The notes under the pieces: generated by a model
What the model saw: only the letters and a program-made list of their open reading frames with translations
Database searches by the model: none
What the model was told of the DNA's origin: nothing
Made by a program: the position numbers and the translations under genes
Source of the DNA: Acaryochloris thomasi RCC1774
GTDB taxonomy: Bacteria > Cyanobacteriota > Cyanobacteriia > Thermosynechococcales > Thermosynechococcaceae
Length of the DNA: 32,000 nt
Direction: 5' to 3'
NCBI RefSeq assembly: GCF_003231495.1
Contig: NZ_PQWO01000032.1
Span: 7,300-39,299, forward strand
In this document: positions 30,220 to 32,000 of the stretch, piece after piece
Layout of the letters: every line of letters begins with the position of its first letter
Position numbering within the stretch: the stretch's first letter is position 1

Positions 30220-30450
30220 TCAGTCATCTTCTGAGCTGATGCTGTATTGGATTCCTGAAACTGCAGCTACAACTGCCATGATGCTTGAAAAGGCCACGGT
30301 AAACGCTTTCGTGTGCGGGACGACTGAATCTGCTAGGTCGAATGTTCTTCCGATACTGGAATCTGGGACAAGAACCAATCCTACTAAAAGTATGGAGCTA
30401 GGAATAGCGATTCCGAGTATCTCGCTTGGAGTCGAAGGCAAAGTCTTCAT
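30220..30450 (-). CDS. Possible small membrane protein (76 aa)
   Basis: Two hydrophobic segments. An opposite-strand ORF (30140..30466) overlaps it, so the strand choice is uncertain. Confidence 0.3.
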   Translation of the reverse strand: MKTLPSTPSEILGIAIPSSILLVGLVLVPDSSIGRTFDLADSVVPHTKAFTVAFSSIMAVVAAVSGIQYSISSEDD

Positions 30451-30481
30451 AAAATTACTGTTGTGATTTGGTACTTATTCG

Positions 30482-30545
30482 AGTTGCGATGGTCTCCGAC
30501 CGGCCTGCCTCCAGAGGAGGAGCTTCGCTAACGGCCATCGCAACT
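30482..30545. repeat. 11-bp perfect inverted repeat AGTTGCGATGG / CCATCGCAACT with a 42-nt loop
   Basis: Arms at 30482-30492 and 30535-30545. The loop contains a nested CCTCC-aga-GGAGG hairpin. The arm sequence resembles the junctions of the remnant array (AGTTGTGATCGCA at 29231, AGTTGCGATCTCA at 30956). Confidence 0.6.
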
Positions 30546-30870
30546 TGATAGAAGTCTATTGGAAGAGCGAGAGCTGAGCATCAGCTTCGGATGTATCTTG
30601 TTTGGGTTTGCTCTTTTGGCTGGGGCAAGGCTGGTTGATGCCCCCAAAAGCTTAGCTCCCGCTCTCGCCATTGACTCCAGCGTTCATCGGCCTCTGAATA
30701 GCTATGCAGAGACTGCAGTAGAGCAGCATCAATACGCTTCTGTAAGGGGTCTAACGGCTCAGCCAAGAGCGACAACTGAAGATGACATTTCATGGTTATT
30801 ATCGAATTTAAGTGGGTTAAGGTCTGGTGGTCACTCACTTCAGCTTGCGATTGCCGAAGGCAGGCTTACG

Positions 30871-30952
30871 CCATCGCATGATCACCGATCTTGATGTAGA
30901 TGAGGCGCTGTCGGCATGGCAGGAATACCAGGGGTTGCGATCGCAGATTTGA
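30871..30952 (+). pseudogene. Remnant copy 2 of the 3' end of gene 28989..29228
   Basis: It translates as RMITDLDVDEALSAWQEYQGLRSQI*, against CDRMITDFDTDEALSAWQEHQGLRSEI* in the intact gene. There is no upstream coding continuation. Confidence 0.6.
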
Positions 30953-30958
30953 GGGAGT

Positions 30959-31042
30959 TGCGATCTCATGATTACAGTTTTTGTGGGCGATGAAGCGCTG
31001 GCGGCGTGGAAAGAGTGCCAGGGGATGCGATCTGAGATTTGA
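30959..31042 (+). pseudogene. Remnant copy 3 of the same gene end
   Basis: It translates as CDLMITVFVGDEALAAWKECQGMRSEI*. It lies directly in tandem with copy 2. Confidence 0.55.
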
Positions 31043-31119
31043 TGGGTCTATCGAGGGTTGCTTCCCATAAAGCCCCTACAGTCGAAAAAGTGTTAAACCT
31101 ATATTCGGGAAAATGAAGT

Positions 31120-31668
31120 TTAACTAAGATCTGCTTCAAGAGTCATTGTCGATCGTGCTATCGACTCCAGCTCACTATCATTAAAGTACAAGGGGTTTAT
31201 TTTCCATGAATTGCTGCCTGAGTCCCAGAGAATAGCACCTCTGGCGGTCAGCATGACTAGATTCTCTGGGTTTGCCGTTCCATCTAAAACTGTCATTCTC
31301 TCTGTCCGAAAAAGCTCAGTTGTCGATTCCTGGTAATCGTGGATGGCTTCTAGTGTTTGACCTTTTGAGATTTGCTCTGACCCAGCGGAAGTAAATAGGA
31401 GGACTATATTGTTTACTATTGACCAAAAATAGAAGTTGTTGAGAATATAGTGCCGCAGCAACTCGATACTCTCATATGAAAAAACGGCAGGCAGGACTTG
31501 ATTTTTAGTTAACTCACAATTGCTTAATTGATTAGCTAACGAGTGTAGGGATAAAGGCACATATCTTTCCCAAGGTTCCACATAGGACCTCCGATCGCAA
31601 TATGTCCTGCACGCTAATGTCGCTAAATTGAGAAGCTCAGCTCTACTTTTTGTTGCAGTCATAGCCAA
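31120..31668 (-). CDS. Hypothetical protein (182 aa) in an AT-rich segment
   Basis: A long ORF with no family recognised. Its composition differs from the bulk of the window. Confidence 0.55.
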   Translation of the reverse strand: MAMTATKSRAELLNLATLACRTYCDRRSYVEPWERYVPLSLHSLANQLSNCELTKNQVLPAVFSYESIELLRHYILNNFYFWSIVNNIVLLFTSAGSEQISKGQTLEAIHDYQESTTELFRTERMTVLDGTANPENLVMLTARGAILWDSGSNSWKINPLYFNDSELESIARSTMTLEADLS

Positions 31669-32000
31669 TTACCTTTTATCCACTTAGCGTTATCTTTATT
31701 TAATCTTTCGTTTGATGATTTGCGATCGCATCAGGTTTACCTCGTTGCTTTGGAAAGTTTCAGTTCTCAGTGATTACAGGTTGTACTCTTTGCTCAGAGT
31801 AATCCTCACCAGCTCCGGGTTGTCAGCCGCTGAATAGGGCGTCCCCTGAGCGGCCAGTAGCGCTCGTGTGCCCGCTGCTGTTCTGGGGTCTTACGAAAGT
31901 GCGTGTTTCCGGGGACGGCCAGGGTAGGGCTAGTTGGGTGGTCATGGCAATGTGTCTCTAAAATGCTTGTGCTGTTCTCCGACCACCTCTATCTCGTGAG

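Noticed and set aside
30140-30894. ORFs 30140..30466 (+), 30559..30894 (+) and 30581..30838 (-) lie in the cassette region.
   Set aside because: They are mutually overlapping or antisense, with no RBS and no recognisable motifs. I could not decide which, if any, is real. Only the minus-strand 76-aa membrane-like ORF is listed, at low confidence.
31780-32000. An ORF-free, GC-richer stretch at the window end that might be a structured RNA or the edge of another element.
   Set aside because: I could not identify a convincing conserved structure, known RNA motif or repeat. All frames toward the window edge are closed quickly. There is too little context to make a call.
1-32000. A search for tRNA, rRNA, transposase or integrase genes and terminal inverted repeats.
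   Set aside because: No cloverleaf-like or rRNA-like sequence was recognised by eye. No DDE, tyrosine-recombinase or serine-recombinase motifs were recognised either. Absence cannot be proven without tools.

Overview
The window looks like part of a cyanobacterial conjugative or mobilisable plasmid, or an ICE. The HIP1 octamer GCGATCGC occurs more than 20 times. All calls come from reading motifs by eye; no database search was possible.

Main content:
- **Relaxase (6479-10462, minus).** A 1327-aa TrwC/MOBF-type relaxase with no helicase. A low-complexity linker and a helical repeat array join it to a Toprim-like C-terminal domain.
- **Candidate oriT.** It lies just upstream of the relaxase and carries an R388-like hairpin plus nic core (10602-10624). 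A repeat-rich non-coding stretch follows it.
- **Small-gene operons.** An ArdC-like gene sits where a leading region would be. Two minus-strand operons of small genes are each opposed by a small regulator (XRE at 15276, RHH-like at 28530). Their genes are separated by a repeated intercistronic hairpin module.
- **Other blocks.** There is a cluster of three pentapeptide-repeat proteins, two of them fused to an HTH domain. There is also an AAA+ ATPase with membrane and secreted proteins, a GT2/unknown/FolD-like operon, a Ser/Thr kinase operon, and an AT-rich cassette inserted into a tandem array of gene-end remnants.

Most unusual signals:
1. A bipartite ~37-nt motif (ACAGCT-N10/11-TTGCAATAGATAGATA) heads seven transcription units.
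2. A 194-codon +1-frame ORF with its own Shine-Dalgarno lies inside the relaxase linker. Both frames appear to be kept open.
3. The repeated intercistronic module.

No rRNA, tRNA or CRISPR array was recognised.
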